Part shown: piece by piece, positions 43,536 through 59,593 of the stretch
How the letters are laid out: each line of letters begins with the position of its first letter
Numbering within the stretch: position 1 is the stretch's first letter
DNA from: the human T2T-CHM13v2.0 reference genome, Homo sapiens
Direction: 5' to 3' (one strand)
DNA length: 64,000 nt
Assembly: GCF_009914755.1 (NCBI RefSeq)
Contig: NC_060929.1
Position numbers and translations under genes: made by a program
Notes under the pieces: generated by a model
What the model saw: the letters and a program-made list of their open reading frames with translations, nothing else
Told to the model about the DNA's origin: nothing
Databases searched by the model: none

Positions 43536-45451
43536 CTGGTAGTTTATTCTGTTTGTCCCTTTCTGTCCCCACTGCCATTACCTTACTTCAGTGTCTCCTC
43601 ACTTTCTCCATTTTCCACTTTGTTCTGCCTGCCCAGGCCAGGCTGAGCTCCTGTCTTTAGTACTAGGGCATTGTTCATTATGTTCTGGAAATTCCCTTCC
43701 TACCTATGTAAACCTAATCTACTCTTTCTTCAGGCCCCACATTTGTTTTTCATCTCTTTGCTGAAGGCCATTTCAAACTACATCATCTTACATTATTTCT
43801 TTGGTGCTTGAAGTTTTGTGCCTTATTGTATACTCCCTTGAATTGTTGTTTAATTGCATTTCTTTTATCCATTTTATTCTGCAACTAGGTTTTTAAGCCT
43901 TTGGAACATGACAACTCCTTAAAAATATTCATTCATGGTCTAGTATAATGCTGCAAGAGGTGCTCAGTAAATGCTTGCTTAATGAACTCATGCTGGTTTG
44001 TAGGAATGAATAAAATGAATAATTTTGGATTTTCATGGTGCTAAGGAGGTAATAGTGTGGTGGAAAAAACCAAAGACCTTTACCCTTATGGGCCTTACAT
44101 TCTACAGTGGATGAAGGAGGAGGCTGTGTGGTTTATTTCTACTTCCTATTAGATCTTTCACTATACAGATGACATTTGTTGAAAAAATTAAACCAAATAC
44201 TCTGGAATAAGCAATTAAGTGAAAGTGATATCTTAGAGCAGAGTTAAATTTAATTCATCAGCTGAGGGCCAAATCCCCTTTTAAAGTTTCCAAGGGTCAG
44301 GAGGCTAGCAGCCTTAATGTTATTGCTTGCATAGTGGTTTGATGAAGAGTTGGTAGGTAGTCTTGGCTCTACAACTAACTTACTATACGGACTCTAAGGA
44401 AATATTGACATAAAAGTAATGCATTTGACCTCTACTTACTTAACATTAGGGAAATATCACAGACCCATGACAGTGGAGGTTTTGCGACCCTTCAGTGTAT
44501 CCTTGTAGTTTCAGAGATGACTTCCAGGTTTCCTTGAAATGAAATGTGGTTATTGTGGTTAAGTTTAATTTGTTTTGGCTCTGTCAGCCTAAAGTTGCTT
44601 TGCCTGTGAGAGAGAAAAACAGCTTTGGATGGATGTTATAATCTTAAAAGGTTTAAAAGTGAATGGATTGAAATTAAAATGAAATGTAATTAAATTTGAA
44701 AAAGTTATTACCATTTTTTTTCATGATTGAAATTCAGACATGTGCATTAAATTACTAAAATACCACTACTATTAGCATTTAGGGATATATATTTTCAGGT
44801 TTTTTTCTTTTCTTCTTCTATGCAGAGCATAAAATAACAGTTTTAATTCTCTCAGTGTTTTCTGCCTATAAACATGAAATATCCGTAGAACTAGGTTTCA
44901 GACTATTAAGTTAATGGGTTAAAACAGTCTGCTGTCTGGTTAATGGGTTAAAATTTCTGTTTTTCAAATACATAGCTGACTTGGTTGCCCAGTTGTGTGT
45001 TTTAATGTTCTCTGAGTTATTTCAGTGCTACTGAGAAAGACTTCTGAAGGGCTCTATGCTTTATACAGCTGACTTCTTTATTTCATGCCTTTCATTCTGC
45101 TGAGGGATATGCTGACTGTTAATATGTTCCTTTCTCCGTTTTTTAAGGCATGTGTTTTTCCAATAGTAGAATTTATTGGAACTAAACTTGTCTCTGTTAC
45201 CATACCCCCCTTCAACCCTGACTCCTCAATGAACAAATAAGCAAAACCTACCCTTTCCCCAAAACCTCCAAATCTGAATATACTTAATACAATGTCTGAA
45301 ACATAAAGGACCCTCAGTCTTTGAAATGAACTCCATTTGGTTTTGACCAGAGCAGTCTTGCCCAGCAGGTCATGGTCGTGTTTGACTGACTGGCGTTAGG
45401 GCTTATAATTGGTAAGAACAAACACATGCCATGGGCTTAAGTAGTTCTAGC

Positions 45452-45782
45452 TCTCTGCTATTCAGTGTGGTAGCCACTCACCATATGTGGCTATTGAGCA
45501 CTTGAAATGTGACAAGTCTAAATTGAAGTTTGCTGTAAGTACACCAGATTTCAGAGTTAGTATAGAAAAAAGAATGTGAATTATCTCACTGATATTATTT
45601 TAGATATATTGGGTTAAATAAAATCTATTAAACTTTATTTTTACCTGTTTCTTTTCACTTATGGCTACGAGAAAAATCATATTTACATTGGTTATATATG
45701 TATCTATAACTTGTATATATGTTATAAAAATTATATGGGTGGTTTATTTCTGGCTTGCATTGTATCTCTGTTGGATAGTTCT
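45452..45782. mobile_element. MER33/MER3-type hAT-Charlie MITE
   Basis: 'ggtagccactcaccatatgtggctattgagcacttgaaatgtg...ttagatatattgggttaaataaaat...gcattgtatctctgttggatag'. Confidence 0.8.
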
Positions 45783-46554
45783 AACCAATAAGTAACCAAC
45801 CAGCTAAGGTGAGTAGATGAGAGGTTAGGATCAACTTTGTTCAATGTCCAGAATGGCATGGTAGTCCATGCATAGTAGCTATTATAACTTGTATTCTTTT
45901 AATACTTAAAACTGTAGTTTTAGATAGAAGAAAATTGGTTCAATTTAGGACCTTGTAAGGATAATGTTTCTTAAGGATACATTTTATCTTTGTTCTTGCC
46001 TGAAAACGTTGGACATAGTAGTTGTAGGATCCCAAAAGAAGAATGCAGTAACTGGACATACTTTGGTTGGACTGGATGTATATTTGAGGAATATGACTAT
46101 GTTAATACATCAAGTATAAAATTTTAATTCGATTTGGGTAAATTTGATGTGGATTGTATGAATGGTATGCAGCTAATGTTCATTTTCAAAGATCTTTTGA
46201 AAAGATATATTGTTATTATAGTGAAGTGAAGCACTCAATTTAGATGTTAATCCTTTCTCAGTTTTGCAAATGCCTTCCTGGAATCTCTTTAGCATAGCCA
46301 GAGCTTTTGAAGGACTCTGAAGAGCTTGTTACTGCATTATGTTGTGGCTACACTTTTCTTTTCTTCAGAATTAGAGTAGCTTAATTTTTTCCTGATTATA
46401 AAAGTTCTGTGTTCATTATATATTGTCCATAATCCCACCACTCATTTTTGTGTATAACATTCCAGACTTAATTCGGATCTGTGTATATGTACACTTATAT
46501 CTGTTCTTTTCTTACCTTTTCTTTTTAAAAATGTTGTTAGTAATGATTGTCCAT

Positions 46555-46725
46555 ACTTTTACACTGCTTACCATATGCCAGCCATTGTGCTGAGAGACAT
46601 TTTATCCCCATAATAACCCTATTGAGTTGATAATTGCTCAAAAATACATATACACACAGGTGCAGTTTGAGCTCAGATCTGTCTGACCTGAAAGTCTGAA
46701 CTCTTAATACTTTTACCATTGTACA
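46555..46725 (-). mobile_element. MIR fragment
   Basis: 'gcttaccatatgccagccattgtgctgag...tttgagctcagatctgtctgacctgaaagtctgaactcttaa'. Confidence 0.6.
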
Positions 46726-46913
46726 TCGTCCCAAGTTAACAAATATGATTTTATAACATCTTAATGGTGGCAGAGTTTTCCATTAAAATTAAATACCCCC
46801 AGAACTAAAATAAATACTGGAATCTAAATTTCAGTATTAAATTTCTAAAATTGGATATCCTAGACTAAGTAAAATAGATCCAGGTCTGGGATAGCTGCTT
46901 GAAGTGAGTGGAA

Positions 46914-47397
46914 TGTCACTTGCCTCTGTGTGAAGAGACTGCCAAACAGGCTTTTTGAGAGCAGTAAAGCTTTTTAATCACCTGGGTGCGGGCGGGCTGA
47001 GTCCAAAAAGAGAGTCAGCGAAGGGTGGCGGGATTATCATTAGTTCTTATAGGTTTGGGATAGGCAGTGGAGTTAGGAGCAATTTTTTGTGGGCAGGGGG
47101 TGGATCTTATGAAGTACATTGTCAAGGGTGGGGAGAATATTGCAGAGTACCTTCTTAAGGGCAGGGGAGGATATTACAAAGTACTTTCTCAAGGGTGGGG
47201 AGGGTGTATTGTCACAAAGTCAATTTATCAGTTAGGGTGGGGCAGGAACAAATCGCAGTGGTGGAATGTCATCAGTTAAGGCAGGAACTGGCTATTTTCG
47301 CTTCTTTTGTGGATCTTCAGTTGCTTCAGGCCATCTGGATGTATACATGCAGGTGACAGGGGATATGATGGCTTAGCTTGGGCTCAGAGGCCTGACA
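46914..47397 (-). mobile_element. HERV-H LTR7-family solo LTR (LTR7B/7C-like)
   Basis: The minus strand begins TGTCAGGCCTCTGAGCCCAAGCTAAGCCATCATATCCCCTGTCACCTGCATGTATACATCCAGATGGCCTGAAGCAACTGAAGATCCACAAAAGAAG, the LTR7 5' end, and finishes ...TCTCTTCACACAGAGGCAAGTGACA. The 5-nt TSD is tggaa/tggag. Confidence 0.93.
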
Positions 47398-47749
47398 TGG
47401 AGCAAAAGAGCTTTTAGAGTATTTTCCATGCTAGACTGGTGGTACTTGAGTGCTGTAGCTGTTTAAATGGGCTCTGTGGTTTGCAGGTACAGAGGCTGAG
47501 TTTTGTTATACAGTTATGGTATGATTTCCATCTTTCTTTGAACTCTTGAGTTTTCTGCAAGAGATGCTTACCTAAATTAGTAGTCCATAGTTCTGTAGAG
47601 GCATTTGAAGATTATTTTATTGAATTGTTAGTGTAAGCTTTTCTGTGAGCTGCCTAATAAACAGGATTTGGGAGAGTTTATATAAGTAGATGATGCATTG
47701 AATGCAAAATTTGAGCCTGTGTAGGACTTGCTTTTTTGACAGCGGCATT

Positions 47750-48483
<734 letters not shown>

Positions 48484-49442
48484 AGCAGCATTTATTTAAT
48501 TTGAAAACACTTTGTCAAAAATTAATTTGTGATTTTCTTACGGTTCAAGATAAGGAGTTTAAAAGATCTTCATAACTCTGAGAAAGACATCTTACCCCAG
48601 TTATATTTGTGTTGCTTTCAAAGAGGTTTGAAGTACTTCCCATTTATGAGCTATCCTGGCATTGCGCATTGCAGTATTTAGCAGGCAAGTTCTTAATCTC
48701 TAATACCAGAAAGATGCATGTTTATGTATTTGTTGAAGTGATGCTGGCCTGATGGAGCAGTAGTGGTTTTGAAATCAGAATGATGGAGCAGGCATGTAAG
48801 CCTGCCCAGTGTTAGGCAGCAGGTGGATAGGAGTTTAGCCTCCTCAGGATTGCTGTTAGACTGTCCTTTATATCACTTTGTGCTGTTTAGCCATCAAGCA
48901 GGGTTGAAAAGACTTCATATCTAAAGTAGTATTTCTGAATTAACAGGTAATAACCTCTAAATATATCAGATTATTAGTAATTATCTCTAGCTGGTGGGGC
49001 GATGGGCACTATAAATTTTCTTTGATATTTTTTCCCACATTTAAAAAAAGTTTTTTATGTTGTTAATGTCACAAAGTTTAAAAAACTTAGACCGTTAGAT
49101 TTGCGTGTCTTAGATTTTTAGGTTTTGTTTATAATCATACACCGTGTTCATTTCCAAAGCACTATTAATATGGAAATTTGATGGTTTTTCACACATTAAT
49201 ATGTTGATTCGTCCTTTCGAGGTAATGATTCATTCAGGACTAGTTTGGCTAAAGTGGTTAGTTTGGTTTTATAAAAAATTATAGTATACATTTCTATCAA
49301 GTCTTGAAGTGAGACTCAATTATCTCTCTGTGATAGCATTTGCTTCATTCTTTTCTTGCAGTGTATATCAAAGCGATTTTTGACCTTGGAAGTATAAAAT
49401 TGTGAAGGTAGAATTTGGAAGTGACGTTCGTTATCATGTGGT

Positions 49443-50135
<693 letters not shown>

Positions 50136-50139
50136 TTTA

Positions 50140-51800
<1,661 letters not shown>

Positions 51801-53384
51801 ATTCTTTATTTCAATTCTTGGATTGCCACTCCATGTGTTCTGCTCAGGATCTTTAGTTACATTCAGTGGGACAGACAGGGTGGAGTATATTTATTACATT
51901 TAGCCAGAACCAAAACTCAACCAGTGTTTTCAAAACTGAGTCTGAAACTAGTGAAGTGTTAGGCCATGGTTACACCCATGTTTGAACAGTTAGGACTAGA
52001 ACTAAGGCTTCTGATTTTTTAGTCCAGAGATACTCCTGGTGGTGCTCTTCACATGTGATGCCATGGATGATGAGCAGTAAGCTGATACTTCCATAGAATA
52101 GAACTTGTTAAAGCTTGATCAAGTAATGTAATCTCCCCAGGGCAGCTTTCTTGGCTGGAATTGGGGTCATTAATAGCTGCCCCTCTAACTGACCTTGTTA
52201 AAATGCACAGAGAATCTCTCAAGTAAGACCAAGTAAAACCGTGAAGATGGGGATATAATGGGTGGTGTTATTAAAAAATATCAAGATGCCTTGGAACAAA
52301 AGAACAGAAAATAAAGTGTAGCAAAGAATAGGGTGAACAGGGATCTGGATAGGTGGGGACCAAGGGACATGCCTTCTGTGACAGGTGCTTTATAGCTTTC
52401 TGTGTCTGCTCCATTGCTTGCTCTCTGCCTCTAGCAAAGAGCCAAAGTGGCAGTCTCCATTTCCAGTCTGCATGATTTTGTAGTTCAGGCATCTAATCAT
52501 AGCTGACAGGTCTCTCCCTCTCCTCTCGTGTGTTTGTGTGTGCAATGCCATGTTTGGTGTGAACGTAAAACTATAAAATGTATGTGCAAATGTGCAAATT
52601 GGTGTTTTTAGGGAAAAATATAATATAGTTTCTCCTTCAGTTATTCTTTTTGGCCCAAGGAGTAGGCTTTACTTTTTGGCAAAGTTGTCATGTGTTGATA
52701 ATAAAAAATCGATTTATTAAAAATATTGTGATTGTTTAAATGTAGCCAATTAATAGTTGTGGGAGGCCACCTATTTAGTTTAGAATGCCCATATGTGACA
52801 AACATGTAAAACTAAAAGCTTATCAATCATAACTTTCTACCCTAATAGTTTTTATCCATTCATTTTACATTTTTTTAAAATTAGGTGTCTTAGAGGATTT
52901 AAGGTAGTAAATAAAAACTCATTGTGACTAGGGCAGTTAAGGATTAAACAAATTGGGTTTGTGTGTTCGGTTTGTCTGCCCTCAAACTAGCCATAATGTT
53001 TATTTATTTATTTTTTGTCTTTAACCCTCTCCTCCCCTCATTAAATATAGTTACATAAAAGGATGCCATTCTGCTTTTCATGATGGGTAGTTCAGGTTCT
53101 GTCATGAGCATTGAGTTTCCAAACTGTCCTTGTCGGAGACAGGAGATTTCCTCCTTTCTGACTTCAGACCTGCTGTGTTGAAAGTTGCCTCTTTGGTTGA
53201 TATATTTCTCAGTCATAATGCCAACTTAGAAGGGCACAAGTCTGTGGAATATGTTTTTATTCTTAGATGGGATTATTTTATTCATTTTCAGTTGAATCTT
53301 TGTTCATATCTGATGACTGCTAATGAAGTCCTTGCCAGCAACTCAATGGCTTGCTTATTTTATTTTATTATGTTGTATGTATAT

Positions 53385-53693
53385 ATGTATGTATGTATTT
53401 ATTTATTTTTTGAGATGGAGTTTCCCTCTGTCACCTGGGCTGGAGTGCAATGGTGTGATCTCGGCTGACTGCAACTTCTGCCTCCTGGATTCAAGTGATT
53501 CTCCTGCCTCAGCCTCCTGAGTAGCTGGGATTACAGGCGCCCGCTACCACGCCCGGCTAATTTTTGTATTTTTAGTAGAGATGGGGTTTCACCATGTTGA
53601 CCAGGCTGGTCTTGAACTCCTGACCTCAGGTGATCAACCTGCCTTGGCCTCCCAAAATGCTGGTATTACAGACATGAGCCACTGCACCAGGCC
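53385..53693 (-). mobile_element. Alu (AluSx-like)
   Basis: Full reverse Alu with a (TATG)/(TATT) tail. Confidence 0.94.
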
Positions 53694-54235
53694 TGTTTTG
53701 AAGAGAAATATTGGATATATAGAACCAAAGACTGTTGGGCACCAATTCCATTTGGTCATTCTCTCAAAACTGCCATTAGGGCTTTTTGTAATGTCATAAT
53801 TTGGAAACATAAGGAAGATATTTCCTTTGAGTTACTTTATGCTGAAATAACATCTGGTCAGTAAATATCCTACAAGTATTACTTTCAGATGTTTTGAAAT
53901 GATTGGCCTCCTGCTCTGGTTTTAACCCCAGTTGAAGACACTTTAATGTTTGCAGTTTATAATAATCTACCAAGTTGAATACAGTGTGACATCGTATTTC
54001 AAGGCTTCCTTAAGGGCTAACCGTCCTTTAAATTTAACACTGGAACATATTAGCCTGAATTACTTCTCCTTGCTTTGAGAGAGAATTACTGGTTTTATAG
54101 ATTCAAACATGAAAGTCATCTTCTAGGAGTGAAAAGATTAATGTTTTGGCTTGCCCTTGCTCTTGTGTCTGTAAGAATATTGCTTACTATTTCCTGGTAT
54201 AAAATGACCTGAGATATTTTATTAGAAAAATTATA

Positions 54236-54433
<198 letters not shown>

Positions 54434-54733
54434 TCACACAAAGACCAGTAATACTGAACTGTAATCTTTTAAGCTCATACTAATAAACACACTTGTTGCC
54501 AGGAGCAGAGCATATTGTTTATGTTACTTTGAAGATTCTGTATTTTTGCTGAAAAATAGCCGAAGCCACTGTATATAGGAAAATTGTTTGTTTTCTAAAA
54601 TTGGCCATTAATATATACTATTTAGTGATTTCTGTTGTGATAAAGGATCCTCTCACCTCCCTCACCTTTTCAAAACTGGTTTTTCTTATGCCGTTAAAGT
54701 TTTTCAGTTAAGGAAACAGACTCAAGGCTCTAA

Positions 54734-54863
54734 CCCATTTATGCCAGAGGTTGCAAATTTTTTGTTGTGGAAAATCAGACCTTGATGATGACCTTGAGCA
54801 GTAGGATATAAATAGCTCCCAGAAGCTTAGCGTTGCAGTAATGGAACACCAGGCCTAAATGGG
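54734..54863 (-). mobile_element. MER85 (piggyBac/PGBD3-derived MITE)
   Basis: TIRs cccatttatgcc and ggcctaaatggg, flanked by ctaa (54730-54733) and ttaa (54864-54867). The internal 'aatcagaccttgatgatgaccttgagcagtaggatataaatagctcccagaagcttagcgttgcagtaatggaacac' matches the remembered MER85 consensus. Confidence 0.93.
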
Positions 54864-56304
54864 TTAAGAAATTTGTTTGAGTTTTCTTTTTCAAAGCAAT
54901 ATTAAATGTTGTAGCGTTCAGATAAAAATCCAATTTTAAAATTAAAATTTCTAATCATGGCAGTTAAAAAACACCTGACACCATTGGCCACCTCTTACTT
55001 GCTTTCTACAGGGCTTTCATATTGGCCAACTGTAGAGGTTAAAAATCAAACTACTCTTTTCAACTAGGTTTTTCTATCCAATGCTCCATTAACCATTTTC
55101 TTAAAACCACTCTGAACCTGGAATTACACTAATTTGGGGGTTATGTTAATAAACAGCAATAATTGTATATTTTGGATTTAAGGTATTGATCAAGTGTGAA
55201 TTATCCTTAACCCTCAAGATTTGAACAGATATGAAAGTTGGTTTAGGAGGAATGGTTACATACAAGATAATTCCTTACAGAGTGAGATGTATGATTTGTT
55301 TAAAAACATTCCAGCAGAAAAACCAATGGAAAGGTGATAAATGAAACAAGAAAGCAGAAAGTTGATGATTTTTAAAGTTTGGTAATGGTTAAGTGAGGGA
55401 GTTCATTTAGTATTCTCAATCCTTTTGGTGGTTATGTTAGAAAAAACTCATAATAATTTTTTTTTTTAAAGGACATGTCATCACCATGATGGTTAGTTGA
55501 GTAGGTGTTAGCATGTTAGATGTCTGAGAGCACAGTCCTTGCCATATGTACACCCTTCGGAGGGCATTTGCATGCTTTGCAACCCCTGGAAGGCCTTGTT
55601 TTATCCCACTCAGTCCTCTTCTCACTCTCCATTTTATAGGCTGGCTGGTGCCTATGCTGATTCTTAAGCCAATTAGATTCTCTTGGGGATTTGTATGGGT
55701 AAATAATGGGAAAATGATGCAATTAGTAATGGAAACTGAAAAAGGAAATGATGCCATTATGTAGAGCCAGGGTCATAGGGGTCTTGACAAAGTGAACTTA
55801 TGGCTGAGTAGCAGCTATGAATTAGATAGGCAGCAAAGAGGGTGAGAATGGGTCAGGCATTTGAGATTGGAGAATGGGATAGCCAGCTAAGAGGAGTGTC
55901 CTGGGCTTCCTGTATGGCCGCTTCTAGGGGCAGTGGCCCAGCTGTACTTGGGTTCTTCTGTATATGTGTCCTTGAAGTAAAACCCTTTGTCACTGTATTC
56001 AATTTGGGTTTCTGGATTCCCCCAAAAGGAGTCTACTGTAGTTACTGAACAGTGCAGAATTTTCTTGGCTAAATTAAAAGTAAGCACTTTTTTTAGAAGG
56101 TCAAAAGTGATCATTGCCTATTCATCTAGGCATTCCATTGTGCAATTCTTAAGGCTTTTTTTGGAGACTTGGCCCTTCCCCAAGTAATTTAATTTTTCTT
56201 TTTAAACCAAAGTGGAAGCAAGTTTGTGGAAAGCAAAGGAATAAAGAATGGCCACTCCATAGGCAGAGCATTTTAAAAATTTAAAAATTTTTAAAATTTT
56301 AAAA

Positions 56305-56429
56305 ATAAAAGTAGAGATGGGGTTTTGCTGTGTTGCTCAGGCTGGTCTCACATTCCTGGACTCAAGCGATCCACCTGCCTCGGCATGCCCAAGTGCTGGG
56401 ATTATAGACACAAGCCACCGCACCTGGCC
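56305..56429 (-). mobile_element. Alu left monomer (FLAM/AluJ-like)
   Basis: gtagagatggggttttgctgtgttgctcaggctgg...agccaccgcacctggcc. Confidence 0.85.
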
Positions 56430-57935
56430 CCAGAGTCATATTTTTAAAGTTCTGTCTTGTATAGTACGAAACCTTTTGTCTCTTAGCTGCTTGACTTTTA
56501 TATAATTTAGTAGTGATGTTTACATTGTTCACTAGACTTTGATTGAATTGAATTTAATAAATGGCAGTAATCAGGTGTTTTTTGGTGGAGGGGTTAGCTT
56601 GCTGTCTTCAGGTTTCCTATGCTTGAGAATTTGCCTCAACACAATTTTAGGTGGCTGTAACACTATTTTGTTGGCCAGTATAATTTTAGATTCCTCACTT
56701 TGGTTGTTGGTTGTTAAAAGACATAGGGAGCTTTGTTTGACTCTAAATCTACCATTGTCTGTCTCTTTCCTTTTCTTTGGTGTTCTTTTTTAGGGGACGA
56801 AAGTAAGAATTGAGAAGATCTGGCTTAGATAATGCTAGTAATGGAGATTTTAAAAAATTACCTATTATTTTATTATTATAAAGCACTAGAGCAAGTATAG
56901 AATTATGTATAGTAAGTAGGATATACAAAGAAAGAAAAGATTGGCATTCATTGGCTCTGGGGAGTGGGCTAAGGTTAAAACAAAGATTTAGAGTCAAAAA
57001 TTAATTAGTGTGCAGGAGACAGCAAACCTCTTGGCTTGGTGGGAATGAAAAACTATTTAATAAGCATAACTGGCTAGAAGCAGTCTTCTTTCCCCATTAG
57101 TAGGTGGCTCACTGACATTGTCCTAGGTGTTTGAAATGTTTGTTTTTCTCCCTTTAATTTGCTCCTGTGTATAAAGTTACTGCCGAAGGAGCCAGGACTG
57201 AATCAGACTTGAGCAATACGGGGCTTGTGGAAAGAGATGTTTTGATCATATTGTTATTTTTGTGTCATAAAATCTTAGATTGGCAACTTTCTTCTAGGGT
57301 GGATTTAGCCTTTGATACATTTTCTTAGGCCCACGAAAATGAGCTGCTAAAGTAGAAATGAATAAAACTATTCGGTTTAGCCTCTAGACAGTGACACATT
57401 AAGGACTAATGACTGCCAAAAGGAAATGTCAAACACTAAGCTAGTCTACTTTCTTTGGCAGCTGAGAATCCGGTGAATCAACAGTTTTAGGGGGTGTATA
57501 TTTAATGTGGGTGGAGGAAGAAAGTGTCTAACATTCTTTAAGGCCCTGTTCAGCAAAGTTGGAATTGGAGCCTGATTCTACCTTTCTAAACACAAGAAAG
57601 TCACATGCTATAGAATGAGGGTGGTTACTGTTTGTCACGTAGATAGTATCGACTAAGACATTTTAAAATGTGTTTACAGGCTTTGTCTTTATTTTCATTT
57701 AATTGTTGGTAGGTGCGAAGCAGCATGCATTTGTGTGTGAGAGGGACATACTTCAGAGTTTTGATTGCCTTGGTCCCCCTTTTCATAAACAGGAATTATC
57801 TGAAGAGTCTTGTGGAAGAGAATGGATAAAACTGTGATCCTTGAGGCATAAGGAGCAAATTTAGACTGAATTTCTACTAAATTACTGTTAAGAAAAGGAC
57901 AACAAATTTAGAGCTTTTAAGCTTATAACCGAGTA

Positions 57936-57979
57936 TGATTGCCATGTCCTGGGTACTTGATTGCCATGTCCTGGGTACT
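57936..57979 (+). repeat. Exact 22-nt tandem duplication
   Basis: tgattgccatgtcctgggtact occurs twice in tandem. Confidence 0.97.
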
Positions 57980-58033
57980 TAACAGTTTAGCACTTAAATA
58001 TTCACATATAGATATAGGGTCAGGGAATGATAG

Positions 58034-58404
<371 letters not shown>

Positions 58405-59473
58405 TAGGAGATGATAAAATGCTCTAAAATTGACTGTAGTAATGGTTGTACATATCTGTGAATAAACCAAAAAAACATTAAATTGTACACTATCAATGGG
58501 TGAATTTTAGGTGACCTATATCAGTATATAATCTGTATCAGTAGATAATTATCTTATATATTTGTAAAATTATTTAAAGATATTTACATGCGTTTCACAT
58601 GTCAGTTTGCTAATGATGTGATATGTATTTTAAATTATATTTCCTGTAGGAGTTCAGGCAATTTGTTCATCTTACATGAAGTAAAGAGTATTTTTCCCAT
58701 TTTGAAACACGGCCTGTGTCTGTTATTGCCACCAGAATTACATGGTCTACATTAAATCCTATATTGTGTACACTGTTGACCTCTTTAATCTTCTGACTTT
58801 GTATGGGACAAACTAATGGCCTACAATTTTCTGTGACTATTTCATTTAAATTATACAAATGTTGAATGAAGGATTGCTGAATTAAAAATAGTTAAAAAAA
58901 AACCCCTCAAATTATACTGAACAGGTGTCATTTCAAGCTGAGTGTTTTTCATTTGGGGGCAGGGTGTCTTCTCTCTGAAAAAGTGTTAGATCTCTACATT
59001 ATGTACATTGTTAGCCCTTAAAGATTTTTGAATGGTTTGGATTATTAGAAGATTCTGCATATAATCACCTAGAATTTGATTATACAGCTCTGAGAACTAT
59101 GAAAAGGAACTAATTTTTCTATTAATTACATGTTTGGATTATTATTTGCAGTCAGAGCTTTGGGGTTGGGTATTTTGGTTGAAATATTGGCACTCTTAAA
59201 TACATGGTAGTATCTGAAAGCTTTGTTCTAGGCCCACTTGAAGGAATTGCAAAAAAAGATGTAGCAGAAGTTTTAAGTGAAGTGGTTTGTTTTAGCAACA
59301 TTAACTTATTTACTTAAAAATAGGTTTTTACTTTTTTGCTTCTATTGGGTAGTACTTGTAGTTCAACAGCATGGATTTTCACCTTTTGGAGGGAAGAGGA
59401 GACTGACAACATTCCTTTTTAAAGCCGGCGTAGTCCCTCCCTCCCTGTCTCCTTCCCTGTCTCCCTCCCTCTG

Positions 59474-59593
59474 TTTTTTTAGAGATAGGGGTCTGGTTAC
59501 ATTGTCCAAGCTGGTCTCGAACTACTGGGCTCAAGTGATCCTCCTGCCTCAGCCTCCCAGAGTGCTGAGATTAGAGGCATGAGTGGCAGGCCG
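59474..59593 (-). mobile_element. Alu left monomer (FLAM/AluJ-like)
   Basis: ttttagagataggggtct...ctgggctcaagtgatcctcctgcctcagcctccc. Confidence 0.82.

Noticed and set aside
55480-55740. Octamer ATTTGCAT (about 55566) and a CCAAT box in a repeat-poor stretch, as a possible enhancer or promoter
   Set aside because: Short motifs like these are expected by chance in 64 kb, and the stretch may be an old LTR I cannot identify.
57095-57112. Second CTCF-like motif (ttagtaggtggctc); similar partial matches near 40296 and 55925
   Set aside because: These lack the conserved CC at the start of the core or have wrong spacing, so they are too weak to call.
57940-57972. The duplicated tgccatgtcc as a p53 response element
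   Set aside because: Each half-site has two mismatches to RRRCWWGYYY and the spacer is 12 nt, so it is unconvincing.
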